DNA from: Bacteroidia bacterium
Lineage (GTDB): Bacteria > Bacteroidota > Bacteroidia > Palsa-965
Assembly (NCBI GenBank): GCA_025454955.1
Contig: JALONL010000026.1
Span: forward strand, 24 to 64,023
Reading direction: 5' to 3'
Length of the DNA stretch: 64,000 bases
The notes beneath the pieces are model-generated. The model was not told the origin of the DNA and searched no databases. It saw only the letters and a list, made by a program, of their open reading frames with translations. The position numbers and the translations under genes were made by a program. This document shows positions 31,205 to 39,718 of the stretch, piece after piece. Every line of letters starts with the position of its first letter. Position 1 is the stretch's first letter.

Positions 31205-32545
31205 TTAATCCAACGGGGGCAAAGGCATTAATTCAGGACGTAGGCCGGTGAAGTACCGGTTTTTTTCAGTCTGCAATTTCCCGTTTTCGATTTTCAGTAC
31301 AATATCGGGAATGTGTCGCCATTCCTGTTTACCGTGAAAATCGCCGCTTTTCACACTTTGCAGAATGGTAATGAACGCAGTCCCCGGATATTGTTCACGT
31401 AATTGCATAATTTCATTTACGCGAAGATTAGCAGCATTAGCAGAATCAAAAAACACAAAATCGTAATGCGCTAAATCCGGGGCTTTATCGAGCGACGGGG
31501 TGAAATGGATTAGGTTTATACCCTGTGCATTTACACGCTGAATAACCTGCTTTAGAGATTCCGAACGGTATTGCTCCGAAGAAATATACAACACCTTGCC
31601 GATGTTTTCAGCAAGGTATTTGGCAAAGTTGATGCTAAAGGTTGTTTTTCCCTGAAACGGTGCGCCGTAGATCATTAACCAGAAATTGTGTTCCGGGTTT
31701 CCTAACAGGCGTTTGTAATAGCCGGTAAAGGGCAAGGTTTCAAACTCCATTTCCGCCATTTGTTTAGCGGTCATTACCTGCGTATTTCTTACTTCAGGAG
31801 AAGGGATAAAACCCAATTCTTTTTTTTTTGAATTGTGTTTTAGACTTTTCTTTTTTTTTGATTGTTTGGAATAAGAAACAATACCGGCTAACCCGTTTAG
31901 CTGAACCTGCGGTACAAATACCGGTGTACGTTCGTCGATTGCTTTACGCAAGATATTCGCAGCTTTCTGCACATTAGAATAATAGGGATCAGTTGGTTTT
32001 ATTAACCCGCGTTCGGTGTAAAAATCCAACCGTTCAAGCAGTGTTTTTATTCGTGTGCTTACTTCACGGTACGGGATGCCGGAAACATTTACAAAAGCCT
32101 GTAAAAACTTTACGGAGGCACGGACTTTTTGACTGGTGGAAATGGTTTTCAGCCGTTCCACAAGATCGGCAGGGGCTTTAACCTTAACCGTATTTTCAGA
32201 AGCACCGTTATAGGCTTTCAGGGCGAACCGTTGTACTGTTTCCAGTTCATCCGCGTAGCGGTCTGTTTTACGAACTTTACGCAAGTGTATTGCCCGTTGC
32301 AGTGCTTTAATGAAATTGAGTAACCGGGTGAGCGGAACAGTTTTACCGATCATTGGTTTAAACCGTTTGAGCAGTTTTATTTGTTCGTCGATCATTTCCA
32401 CCTGTGCCGCTTTCTTTTTCTTCGGGGCTTTTGGTGTTTCGTCTTGTTCTTCTTCTTCTTCCGGTTCTTCGTACTGTTTTTTTACCGGGCGTTTCACTTT
32501 TTTAGTGATACGTCCCAGATCGTATTTACCAAAGTTTGAGTACAT
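31205..32545 (-). CDS. RecA/RadA(Sms)-fold ATPase with basic helical N-terminal region
   Basis: Walker A GAPFQGKT, VLYISSEQ, Walker B FVFFDS, HIPDIVL, KNRY. Confidence 0.8.
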   Translation of the reverse strand: MYSNFGKYDLGRITKKVKRPVKKQYEEPEEEEEQDETPKAPKKKKAAQVEMIDEQIKLLKRFKPMIGKTVPLTRLLNFIKALQRAIHLRKVRKTDRYADELETVQRFALKAYNGASENTVKVKAPADLVERLKTISTSQKVRASVKFLQAFVNVSGIPYREVSTRIKTLLERLDFYTERGLIKPTDPYYSNVQKAANILRKAIDERTPVFVPQVQLNGLAGIVSYSKQSKKKKSLKHNSKKKELGFIPSPEVRNTQVMTAKQMAEMEFETLPFTGYYKRLLGNPEHNFWLMIYGAPFQGKTTFSINFAKYLAENIGKVLYISSEQYRSESLKQVIQRVNAQGINLIHFTPSLDKAPDLAHYDFVFFDSANAANLRVNEIMQLREQYPGTAFITILQSVKSGDFHGKQEWRHIPDIVLKIENGKLQTEKNRYFTGLRPELMPLPPLD

Positions 32546-32561
32546 GAGAAATAGAAATAAA

Positions 32562-32589
32562 AACGGCCTTGCATGATTGCAAGGCCGTT
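32562..32589 (-). terminator. Intrinsic terminator
   Basis: AACGGCCTTGCA / TGCAAGGCCGTT stem with a T-rich tail on the minus strand. Confidence 0.7.
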
Positions 32590-32624
32590 GAGTGAATAGT
32601 AATTGATTTTGCGTTAAACGCAGT

Positions 32625-33338
32625 TTATCCCGTGTTGGAATGATTTTTTAACTGCGTTTCATAGATTGCCCAGAACGTGGCCAAAGCAGCAGCCGTAGTG
32701 CCGGTAGCTGCAATTACCTTTTTGCGTTTCAGTGCGCGTTGAAGTGTCCGTAAATCAATCAGGGTATAAGTAAACTTATTCCCGTACAGTTCACGGTGAC
32801 GGTGGCACATAGTAATAAATGCCGCGAAATCTTCTGCATTTGCAAACACCTGACAACCGGCAGAATTTCGATCAATTTGTAAGGTTGTGCCGGTTGCTTT
32901 TGCGCGGTGTATATTAATACCAAACCATCCGCTAACTTCATTTCCATTATAGAAATCTAATTCCGCGTCGCGGTCGTAATCTCTGATAACGGTTACTTTT
33001 CCCCTGCGTTGACAAAGGGCTGTGTATTTTCCCCGGTGCAAATCGAGTGCATATACATCACGATATTGCCCCTGTTTCAAAATTGCCGTTCCTTGTGGTT
33101 GTCCGGGTTGACGCAGCCAGTAAGTACCGGGGTCTGTTGTGGCTTTGTAAATATGTAGTTTCCACTGTTGATTTTCCAAGCGATAAAACACACATATTGA
33201 ATCATCAAAATTATTTGGTACAGTGGAGGGTGAACGTAAACCGACTATGTTTAATTCATACGGACGACTGTAAACGGCATACTCTTTTTTCTGCAACAGT
33301 TTAATAAAAACGGTTGCATTTAACTTGCTGTTCTCCAT
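32625..33338 (-). CDS. Putative cell-wall enzyme (YkuD/L,D-transpeptidase-like His-Cys motif) with C-terminal TM
   Basis: ATTDPG, GINIHRA...NSAGCQV, FTYTLID; hydrophobic C-terminal tail. Confidence 0.6.
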   Translation of the reverse strand: MENSKLNATVFIKLLQKKEYAVYSRPYELNIVGLRSPSTVPNNFDDSICVFYRLENQQWKLHIYKATTDPGTYWLRQPGQPQGTAILKQGQYRDVYALDLHRGKYTALCQRRGKVTVIRDYDRDAELDFYNGNEVSGWFGINIHRAKATGTTLQIDRNSAGCQVFANAEDFAAFITMCHRHRELYGNKFTYTLIDLRTLQRALKRKKVIAATGTTAAALATFWAIYETQLKNHSNTG

Positions 33339-33808
33339 ATCGGGAATAGATTTTCTTCGAGATCGTCCCCCCGTTCAAGATCAACCATACTATCGAAGTT
33401 GTCCGCGTAAAACCGCATCCAAGCAGGGACGTTGAAACCCGGCTTTGTATCACCAGAACCGATTTTATCAGCACCAATTAACAAAGCATTCGGAAACAGT
33501 TCGTGCAGCTCTCTCAACTTTTTGTAAAGCACATACGTTTGTAACAGGGTGCGGGTATCTTCCATTTTACCCCGGTAGTTTATACCACCTTCATAAGCGA
33601 TATGCACACACTCAACAGGAAAAGATGAAAGGCTAAGGGTTTCCACATTACAGCCCAACAAACGCACACATTTACCCCATCTGTCAATGATGATGTGAAA
33701 TGCAGGGCGTTGATGTTGAGCAATGCAATTTTTGTATAGTTGTTCTGCTTCTACTTCGGGGCGTGTCATGGTAGCATGAACGAGAATATAATTAACAGGA
33801 CGTAACAT
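33320..33808 (-). CDS. T7-lysozyme-like N-acetylmuramoyl-L-alanine amidase, probably catalytically degenerate
   Basis: YILVHAT, FHIIIDRWG, IAYEGG, DTRT..Q, FPNA. The usual GHRD and CP Zn-ligand motifs read GADK and KP. Confidence 0.7.
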   Translation of the reverse strand: MLRPVNYILVHATMTRPEVEAEQLYKNCIAQHQRPAFHIIIDRWGKCVRLLGCNVETLSLSSFPVECVHIAYEGGINYRGKMEDTRTLLQTYVLYKKLRELHELFPNALLIGADKIGSGDTKPGFNVPAWMRFYADNFDSMVDLERGDDLEENLFPIWRTAS

Positions 33809-33888
33809 AGTTTTAGTTTTTATTTACAGTTGATGAGTAAAGACAAACCGCGCCGCAACTGTAAACGTGCGCGGTTTGTCTGTAACAA

Positions 33889-34860
33889 TCAGGCGTATTT
33901 GATATGCTCGGTTTGCACATATAATTGAATGCCGTCTATGGTTTCAAAATGTGTAATGCCGTTGCTGCTGAAAAGTTCGTAACCGATAATGGTTTGATTT
34001 CCCACCTGTACGCTGTGTTTGGCTGTTCGCCAAACAACGGTAGGACGTGACGTAATTAACGCCCTGCGTTCGATGCCTGAAACTTCATTACCCGGCACGT
34101 ACCATTTACCGTCTTTTTTCTTCAACCCGATAGAAATAAAGGCAAGGTTTAACTTGTCTTTATCGGCAGAATTTTTGAACACTTCCAAAAGACCGGTAAC
34201 GATGGTTGTATTTTTCCCGTTAATCAGTCCTTTAGGTTTGAAAATGGTGTTTACTTCATTGTATTTCTGCGGTGTTTTAATCAGTGACAACGCAGCTAAT
34301 ACAGGTTCAATTTTTTGAGCCTTTGCACCCTTGTAAAGCATTTCTGCAATATCCTCAGCCGGGGTATTGGTTAAGAGTTCAAAATGCTGCTCAGTGATAA
34401 CCGTAGGCCAGCCCAATTTTTCCAATGCTAACTGAGTTTTTGAGCCAAAATCACCATCGGGAACAAGTGTTATTCCGGTGATACTTTTGCGCGTGTTCAG
34501 CAGGTTTTGCAACTGCTTTACTTTCGCCCCGGTTGAGCCTTTCCGCAGGGGAAAATCGGATGTGGGTTTTACATTGTTTGCCGATGCTCCGGCAGATGCC
34601 GGGGGAACTTGTGCTGTGTTGTTTTTCGTTGGAATAGTAACCACTGGCGGGGTATCTAAATTGATCTTAAACTTTCCGGCGTTTTCATCTTCGCCGTTAT
34701 TAAAAAGATCGGCTGCGGGTTTACTTGAACGGCGGGTAATGTACCAAGCACCGTAACCCAACGCCCCTAAAACGAGCAATCCCAAAAACACGCGCCCCGG
34801 TGTAAAAAATGGCTTATCTTCTTTGCTCATTTTTTGCGGGAAATCGCTTTCATCTTTCAT
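33889..34860 (-). CDS. Membrane-anchored protein with peptidoglycan-binding domain
   Basis: N-terminal TM; PLRKGSTGAKVKQLQ...DGDFGSKTQLAL is a PG_binding_1-like motif. Confidence 0.75.
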   Translation of the reverse strand: MKDESDFPQKMSKEDKPFFTPGRVFLGLLVLGALGYGAWYITRRSSKPAADLFNNGEDENAGKFKINLDTPPVVTIPTKNNTAQVPPASAGASANNVKPTSDFPLRKGSTGAKVKQLQNLLNTRKSITGITLVPDGDFGSKTQLALEKLGWPTVITEQHFELLTNTPAEDIAEMLYKGAKAQKIEPVLAALSLIKTPQKYNEVNTIFKPKGLINGKNTTIVTGLLEVFKNSADKDKLNLAFISIGLKKKDGKWYVPGNEVSGIERRALITSRPTVVWRTAKHSVQVGNQTIIGYELFSSNGITHFETIDGIQLYVQTEHIKYA

Positions 34861-34861
34861 G

Positions 34862-35536
34862 TTATTTCTTTTTTGACAAAATCCGTCGGGCTTCTTCGAG
34901 TTCGTCAGTGTCGAGTTGTCCCTCCAGATAGTCGGTTAAACTTTCGTAGCCGATTTGCGGATTGTTTGCTATTGCTTTACTGAGCAATGCGGCTGCGGTG
35001 AAATCGGGCAATTCCCACAGCACACGGTAAATTTTATCTTCGTCTGTGTTAAACCAGCTTGCCGCTTCACGTAAACGGCGCAGCCAGTCGGGTAACAGTT
35101 CATAAGATGGTTTACCGTTTTTATTTTCCGGTTTTGCGGAAATAATGTTTGTTAAGGTTTGCCGTTCTTCTCCCCCTACATCGTCCGTTATTGCTGCATC
35201 TAACGTTTCATCGTATGCCTGTTTATAGAGATCTGCAACGCGGTAAAAATCGGTTTGGTTGGGTATGTCGGCATAAGCCTCATACAACAAATTTTCATTC
35301 GTACCGCCCCCGTCAACGGCTTCGTATATGTCGGAAATAATGTTTGCTAAACTGCCTTCGATGGCTGCGCCACGCAATATTTTTTCCGCACGTTTTTTTT
35401 TCAGGTGACGGTTGTAAAAATACCCGCCCACACCGCCGATAATCAGCACTGTACCGGCAACAAATAAACCGATCTTAAAATCCGGGGGAACGTTTGACCA
35501 GAACCCGCCGGATGCGGGTTGTTTTTCGGTTTCCAT
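34862..35536 (-). CDS. Membrane-anchored protein with two annexin-like repeats
   Basis: TM, then IYEAVDGGGTNENLLY...Y...Y...L...I and LREAASWFNTDEDKIYRVL, compared with the annexin consensus L..A..G.GTDE..L..IL. Confidence 0.65.
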   Translation of the reverse strand: METEKQPASGGFWSNVPPDFKIGLFVAGTVLIIGGVGGYFYNRHLKKKRAEKILRGAAIEGSLANIISDIYEAVDGGGTNENLLYEAYADIPNQTDFYRVADLYKQAYDETLDAAITDDVGGEERQTLTNIISAKPENKNGKPSYELLPDWLRRLREAASWFNTDEDKIYRVLWELPDFTAAALLSKAIANNPQIGYESLTDYLEGQLDTDELEEARRILSKKK

Positions 35537-35567
35537 TTATCCGGTTTTTTGATTGTTTTACTTTCGT

Positions 35568-35750
35568 TTACATACGCAGTGCAGCACGCGCCATTGCTAA
35601 TTTTGCTTTGTCGTTTTTTGCAATGTGTGCAATCATTTCAAGATCAGAAACGGTTAACTCATTTAAGAGTGTATTAACGGCCTGGGCTTTACGTGTTGCT
35701 TCGGTTTCCGTGTTTGCGCGGATGGTTAATTCAAATTCAAGTGCTACCAT
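35568..35750 (-). CDS. Small hypothetical protein
   Basis: 60-aa ORF that fills the gap in a tightly packed co-oriented cluster. Confidence 0.6.
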   Translation of the reverse strand: MVALEFELTIRANTETEATRKAQAVNTLLNELTVSDLEMIAHIAKNDKAKLAMARAALRM

Positions 35751-35768
35751 AATTCAAGCTATAAAGGG

Positions 35769-36644
35769 TTAAACATTAGCGGGCATTTCGGGAGTGTCCG
35801 CCGGATTTGTTTGTGTTGTTGTTTCAGGCTTTACAGTGCTTTTTACTTGCTGTTCTGCGGTGAGCCGTTCAATCAACTGTTTACGCTGTTCGATAATATC
35901 CGAAAGCCATACACTAACTGCGGGTATTAAATCTTTCGTGTCTTTCAGTACGGCAAGCACCTGTAAAATTTGTTCCTGTTCGTGTTCAGAGAAAAAACGC
36001 TGCAAGGTTTTTGCAAGTTCGGCGGCTTTGGTTGTAGCCTCGTTTTCTGTGGTGGTTTCACCCTTAACTTTTATTGTCGAGGCCGGAACACCTTCAATCG
36101 GTTGCGCGGTTGTACCTGCTTCGGGAAGGCTTAGCCCGGACGGATTACCCATCAGTAAACCGGCAATCGTCTTAACCATATCCATTAATTGAGAACCGCT
36201 TTTGTTTTGTGCGCTATGCACCAAAATTTCAACTTCGCTAATCTTACTACGCAGCAAATTGTTTTCACGTTTAAGGCTGTCGTTTTCCTTCTTCATAAAC
36301 GTGTATTCAATCTCCAACGTAATCTGTCGGCGCATTTCGGCTAAATCTTCTTTCGGGCTTTTGGTTTCCGTCCCGCTCAGACTTTCTTCATATCCGTTCA
36401 ACATCAATTCATATTGAATGGTATTAAAACTCTTGTTTGGGAAAATAACCAGTGTAAGGGTTTTATTAAACTCGTTGAGTTGGTTGTTCACCAGATCAAA
36501 CATTCGTTTATCTTGTGTACGCGGTGTTACCGGTGTACCATCAATGCGGATTGAATACCCTGCATCATCGTTGTATGAAAGATAATTTACAATAATGTTG
36601 CGTAAGAGTTCAATGTTACTTTCGTTATACTGCATCCGTTGCAT
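35769..36644 (-). CDS. Hypothetical coiled-coil protein
   Basis: Central heptads (KKENDSLKRENNLLRSKI); N-terminal domain paralogous to 36647..36919. Confidence 0.75.
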   Translation of the reverse strand: MQRMQYNESNIELLRNIIVNYLSYNDDAGYSIRIDGTPVTPRTQDKRMFDLVNNQLNEFNKTLTLVIFPNKSFNTIQYELMLNGYEESLSGTETKSPKEDLAEMRRQITLEIEYTFMKKENDSLKRENNLLRSKISEVEILVHSAQNKSGSQLMDMVKTIAGLLMGNPSGLSLPEAGTTAQPIEGVPASTIKVKGETTTENEATTKAAELAKTLQRFFSEHEQEQILQVLAVLKDTKDLIPAVSVWLSDIIEQRKQLIERLTAEQQVKSTVKPETTTQTNPADTPEMPANV

Positions 36645-36646
36645 AG

Positions 36647-36919
36647 TTATGCGTTGTTTTTAGGTTGTAAATTGATTTTATACCGTGCAATTATTTTATG
36701 TCTGTAATAGATAATAAAACATACTGTACGGGCATCAGGGGAAGAATAAAACAGATAATCGCCAAAGTGTGAAAGGCTCGTGGTGAGCGGAACAATTTCT
36801 AATCCGTCAACTTCTACACGATAAGCGCGTTTATATTTCTCCAAATGATTAGCGGGTTTTAAGGCAGTTAAAATTTCGCGTAATGCGTTAACTGAAAAAT
36901 TACTTTCGTGTAGCTGCAT
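36647..36919 (-). CDS. Hypothetical protein, paralog of the N-terminus of 35769..36644
   Basis: YRVEVDGLEIVPLT aligns with YSIRIDGTPVTPRT. Confidence 0.65.
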   Translation of the reverse strand: MQLHESNFSVNALREILTALKPANHLEKYKRAYRVEVDGLEIVPLTTSLSHFGDYLFYSSPDARTVCFIIYYRHKIIARYKINLQPKNNA

Positions 36920-37241
36920 AGCCTTTTCTTTTTGAGGGAATCAGAATTACCACACGCAGCAGTAATATACCGGATGAACGGTTAATCATCTTTATCGTGC
37001 CGCTGTGTTCGTGTTGTAATTCATTAATTCGATTATCCATTAAATCGTAAATACCCATCTCCGAACTAATCAAAAATTGCGGAGGTATGTTATCTTCTAA
37101 AAACCAGAACTGGCCGGGTGCTTTGAAGGTTAACGCTTCATTTGCCTTGAAACGTAATTCACGAAACAGCACCGAAAAACTGGCATAGTTGCGTAAACTC
37201 ATTTTCTGGTTAATGAGTTGTTGAATGAGTTCAATTTTCAT
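36900..37241 (-). CDS. Hypothetical beta-rich protein (candidate virion protein)
   Basis: Overlaps both neighbours; alternating hydrophobic strand pattern. Confidence 0.6.
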   Translation of the reverse strand: MKIELIQQLINQKMSLRNYASFSVLFRELRFKANEALTFKAPGQFWFLEDNIPPQFLISSEMGIYDLMDNRINELQHEHSGTIKMINRSSGILLLRVVILIPSKRKGYAATRK

Positions 37242-37656
37242 TTTCGAGATAGGTAAAGGTGAGTGTCAGACGAAAGCCTGAAAGCGAGGGCGAAGTTTCA
37301 AACCGGGCATTGAGGTACGGCTCTAAAGCCGGAATGTCTAAAGTTTGTCCCGTGAGCCTTGCCCCGCTAACAGGCATTAATCTGATTTGATCGAGATAAC
37401 AGTACGGCGGTACTTTCGGAAACCACGTTATTTGACCGGTAAACCGGATTTGGCTTTCGTACCATACCCCGGCAGAATTGTGAAGGGTTAATAACCCAAC
37501 TTCAAGGTGTCGTAAATCGTAATCTTTTGCCAGTGGTTCAGCCGTCGCAACAAGGGAAATAATTCTTTCCGTGTTGGGGGGGAAATCAATAACAAAGCAA
37601 CGGATTTGCCCGTTAAAGTTGATCTGTTCAGTATGGACGAAAAAACGTGTTTTCAT
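37231..37656 (-). CDS. Hypothetical beta-sandwich protein (candidate single jelly-roll minor capsid)
   Basis: Strand pattern parallels 37656..38033; translationally coupled. Confidence 0.55.
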   Translation of the reverse strand: MKTRFFVHTEQINFNGQIRCFVIDFPPNTERIISLVATAEPLAKDYDLRHLEVGLLTLHNSAGVWYESQIRFTGQITWFPKVPPYCYLDQIRLMPVSGARLTGQTLDIPALEPYLNARFETSPSLSGFRLTLTFTYLENEN

Positions 37657-38033
37657 TAGGCCGCCGTTTTGGTTGCTTTTACATATAGTGAAACCCGATA
37701 GGGTGTAAATGGAGCATTTGAATTATCCGAATCGGTGTAAACGATTTTTATTTTTCCGTTCAACACCGGTGCATTTTCAAGGGTGTAGTACCGTTTATCT
37801 ACCGGGGTATTTATGCCCGACATCAGTAGTTTACTCTCGTAATTGTCCGGGAAATATTCAGCCCCGTTTATTAGCAATCCCTGTTCTCCCCGGTAGTACA
37901 GCATTTCGTCGTAATTGCTTGTTAAAGCAATCCCGTTAATGGTTTGAATATCTTTATCGAGTTCAAAATCCCGGTTGTATGTTTGTTCGGGTGAATCAAT
38001 TTGAATATCAAACCGTTTATAGACTATTTTCAT
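37656..38033 (-). CDS. Hypothetical beta-sandwich protein (candidate single jelly-roll capsid or penton)
   Basis: All-beta pattern: FELDKDIQTINGIALTS...YRVSLYV. Confidence 0.55.
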   Translation of the reverse strand: MKIVYKRFDIQIDSPEQTYNRDFELDKDIQTINGIALTSNYDEMLYYRGEQGLLINGAEYFPDNYESKLLMSGINTPVDKRYYTLENAPVLNGKIKIVYTDSDNSNAPFTPYRVSLYVKATKTAA

Positions 38034-38064
38034 TGTAGTACAGGATTAACCGTTAAGAGAAAAA

Positions 38065-38090
38065 CACGGCGGCGAATTTTCGCCGCCGTG
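38065..38090 (-). terminator. Intrinsic terminator right after the candidate major capsid gene
   Basis: CACGGCGGCGAA / TTCGCCGCCGTG followed by TTTTTCTCTT on the minus strand. Confidence 0.75.
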
Positions 38091-38096
38091 CCTCCA

Positions 38097-38828
38097 TTAA
38101 GGTGTGGTGATTGTTCCGTGCAGACCAACAAACAGTACTGTATTTGCCGCAATGCCAGCCATTGTGCCGAGTTCGATTGTAAATTCAATATTTACATCGT
38201 CGTGAATCAAACGCGGGTTAGACAACTTGTAATAACCTGCGGGAACGCCGTTGAAATTTTCTGTGCAAAAATGGCGGTTTGATGTGCCTTCGGGTACAAT
38301 CGCTTTTTTGTTTGCTTTGAGCGAAAACTCACCGCTTGCAATAGCCGGAATGTTTTCAATTCCGTTAAAGGCTGTACGCATTACATCCTCTTTACCAGTC
38401 GTTGCAGAAACACCGGCCAAAAGAATAATACCCGAAACAAGCAACACCTGATTTTTGGGCAAACGTGCTTCGCTGATGGTACGCAGTCCTACTTCTTTTG
38501 CGTCCTGCGGTTCAAACATTTTCACCGTTTTACTGTTCACCGGTTTGATCGAGTAAACGATGGTATCCGCTAAACGCAGATCGTTTTCTTTCAACTGCTT
38601 TGAAACGTGCGCGGGCAATTCGCGGAAATGCTTTTCCATTTCAGCGCGTGAACCTTTGCTTTGAACCTGTGAGCCTGCTATTTTATTCATAACAACGGCA
38701 CGTTTTACCGGGTTCATTTTTGCAAGCTCGCCGAGCAGTTCGTTTGAAATGTTACTTTCATCCACACCGTACAAAGCACCTGCGTTATTATATGGGCTGT
38801 TTTCAATGCCCTCTAAAAGAGTATTCAT
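38097..38828 (-). CDS. Candidate major capsid protein (helical N-terminal arm plus beta-sandwich)
   Basis: 243 aa, with the C-terminal ~160 aa beta-rich (RLPKNQVLLVSGIILL...IEFTIEL...VLFVGLHG) and strong hairpins on both sides of the gene. The functional call is an inference. Confidence 0.5.
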   Translation of the reverse strand: MNTLLEGIENSPYNNAGALYGVDESNISNELLGELAKMNPVKRAVVMNKIAGSQVQSKGSRAEMEKHFRELPAHVSKQLKENDLRLADTIVYSIKPVNSKTVKMFEPQDAKEVGLRTISEARLPKNQVLLVSGIILLAGVSATTGKEDVMRTAFNGIENIPAIASGEFSLKANKKAIVPEGTSNRHFCTENFNGVPAGYYKLSNPRLIHDDVNIEFTIELGTMAGIAANTVLFVGLHGTITTP

Positions 38829-38849
38829 GTTGATTGAAATTTGAGTGAA

Positions 38850-38873
38850 TAGGGACGGGTTAACCCGTCCCTA
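38850..38873. other. Perfect 24-bp palindrome in the leader of the candidate capsid gene
   Basis: TAGGGACGGGTTAACCCGTCCCTA. Confidence 0.8.
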
Positions 38874-38901
38874 AAATCATGGTTAAACTGTGTGCAGTTG
38901 C

Positions 38902-39702
38902 TTACAGGTTACGACCGCCGGAGAAGGTGTAAAAATCTTCGTCGGTTTCTTCTGTTTGCGGTGTTGCACTCAGTGAGGGAGTTGATACCGTCGCGGGAAT
39001 AAATTCACGCTGTTGAGTATCAAAATCACGCGCAGAAACTTTTAACTGATCTTCTAAGCGTGAAAGTTGTTTCATGTCTGGATCATCGCGGAACGCATCA
39101 CCGGCCACAAATACATCTATTTCACCTAATCCGCTTACCGGATTTTGTGCAACAGTGGGAACGGCTGTTCCCGGTACTGTGTTCGGTGCAGGTAATGCCG
39201 TTTTATCGGCTTTGGGCTTAAAGATTTTATCCAGATACAAGCGATAGGTTAAATCTTCTTTTATTTCGGTAGCAACTGATTTAAGTTTGTCGGCAGTGCT
39301 CATGTTTGCATCAACAGCACCTAAACCAACACCAGAAGCCCCGCCAATCATCATACCTATGCCAAAATGAACTAAAGGACTATCACCCATATACAGCCGA
39401 TCTTCGTTTTTGTAAAGCGGGTTTAAACCGCTCAACGCCGGGGCTGTATCTGTTTGACTTGCGCCTAATCGTTTTTGTTCGCGGTTGATGGTTTCGTGCA
39501 AACTGTTGACTTTTCCCGCTCCATAGGCTGCTAAACCCAAATACAAAGAGGAACGCCCAACAAGTCGAGCCGTTAACCAACCACCTGCAACACTTGCCAA
39601 ATCTGTAACCACAGGCAACCAAAGTTCTTTTGCCTGTTCGCTCATACTACCTTTTAACCGTTCCAGACGTTCAATGTCTGCTGACTTTTTAGAATTAGCC
39701 AT
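38902..39702 (-). CDS. Hypothetical Gly-rich membrane-associated protein
   Basis: Gly/Ala-rich hydrophobic segments; LSGLN, VSGLG and FSGG motifs. Confidence 0.7.
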   Translation of the reverse strand: MANSKKSADIERLERLKGSMSEQAKELWLPVVTDLASVAGGWLTARLVGRSSLYLGLAAYGAGKVNSLHETINREQKRLGASQTDTAPALSGLNPLYKNEDRLYMGDSPLVHFGIGMMIGGASGVGLGAVDANMSTADKLKSVATEIKEDLTYRLYLDKIFKPKADKTALPAPNTVPGTAVPTVAQNPVSGLGEIDVFVAGDAFRDDPDMKQLSRLEDQLKVSARDFDTQQREFIPATVSTPSLSATPQTEETDEDFYTFSGGRNL

Positions 39703-39718
39703 TACGTTAAAAATTGTG

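Noticed and set aside
30433-38852. 12-mer TTGAGTGAATAG at 30433, 32588 and 38841
   Set aside because: Two copies abut intergenic hairpins but one is inside coding sequence; too short and AT-rich to call a regulatory site without homolog comparison.
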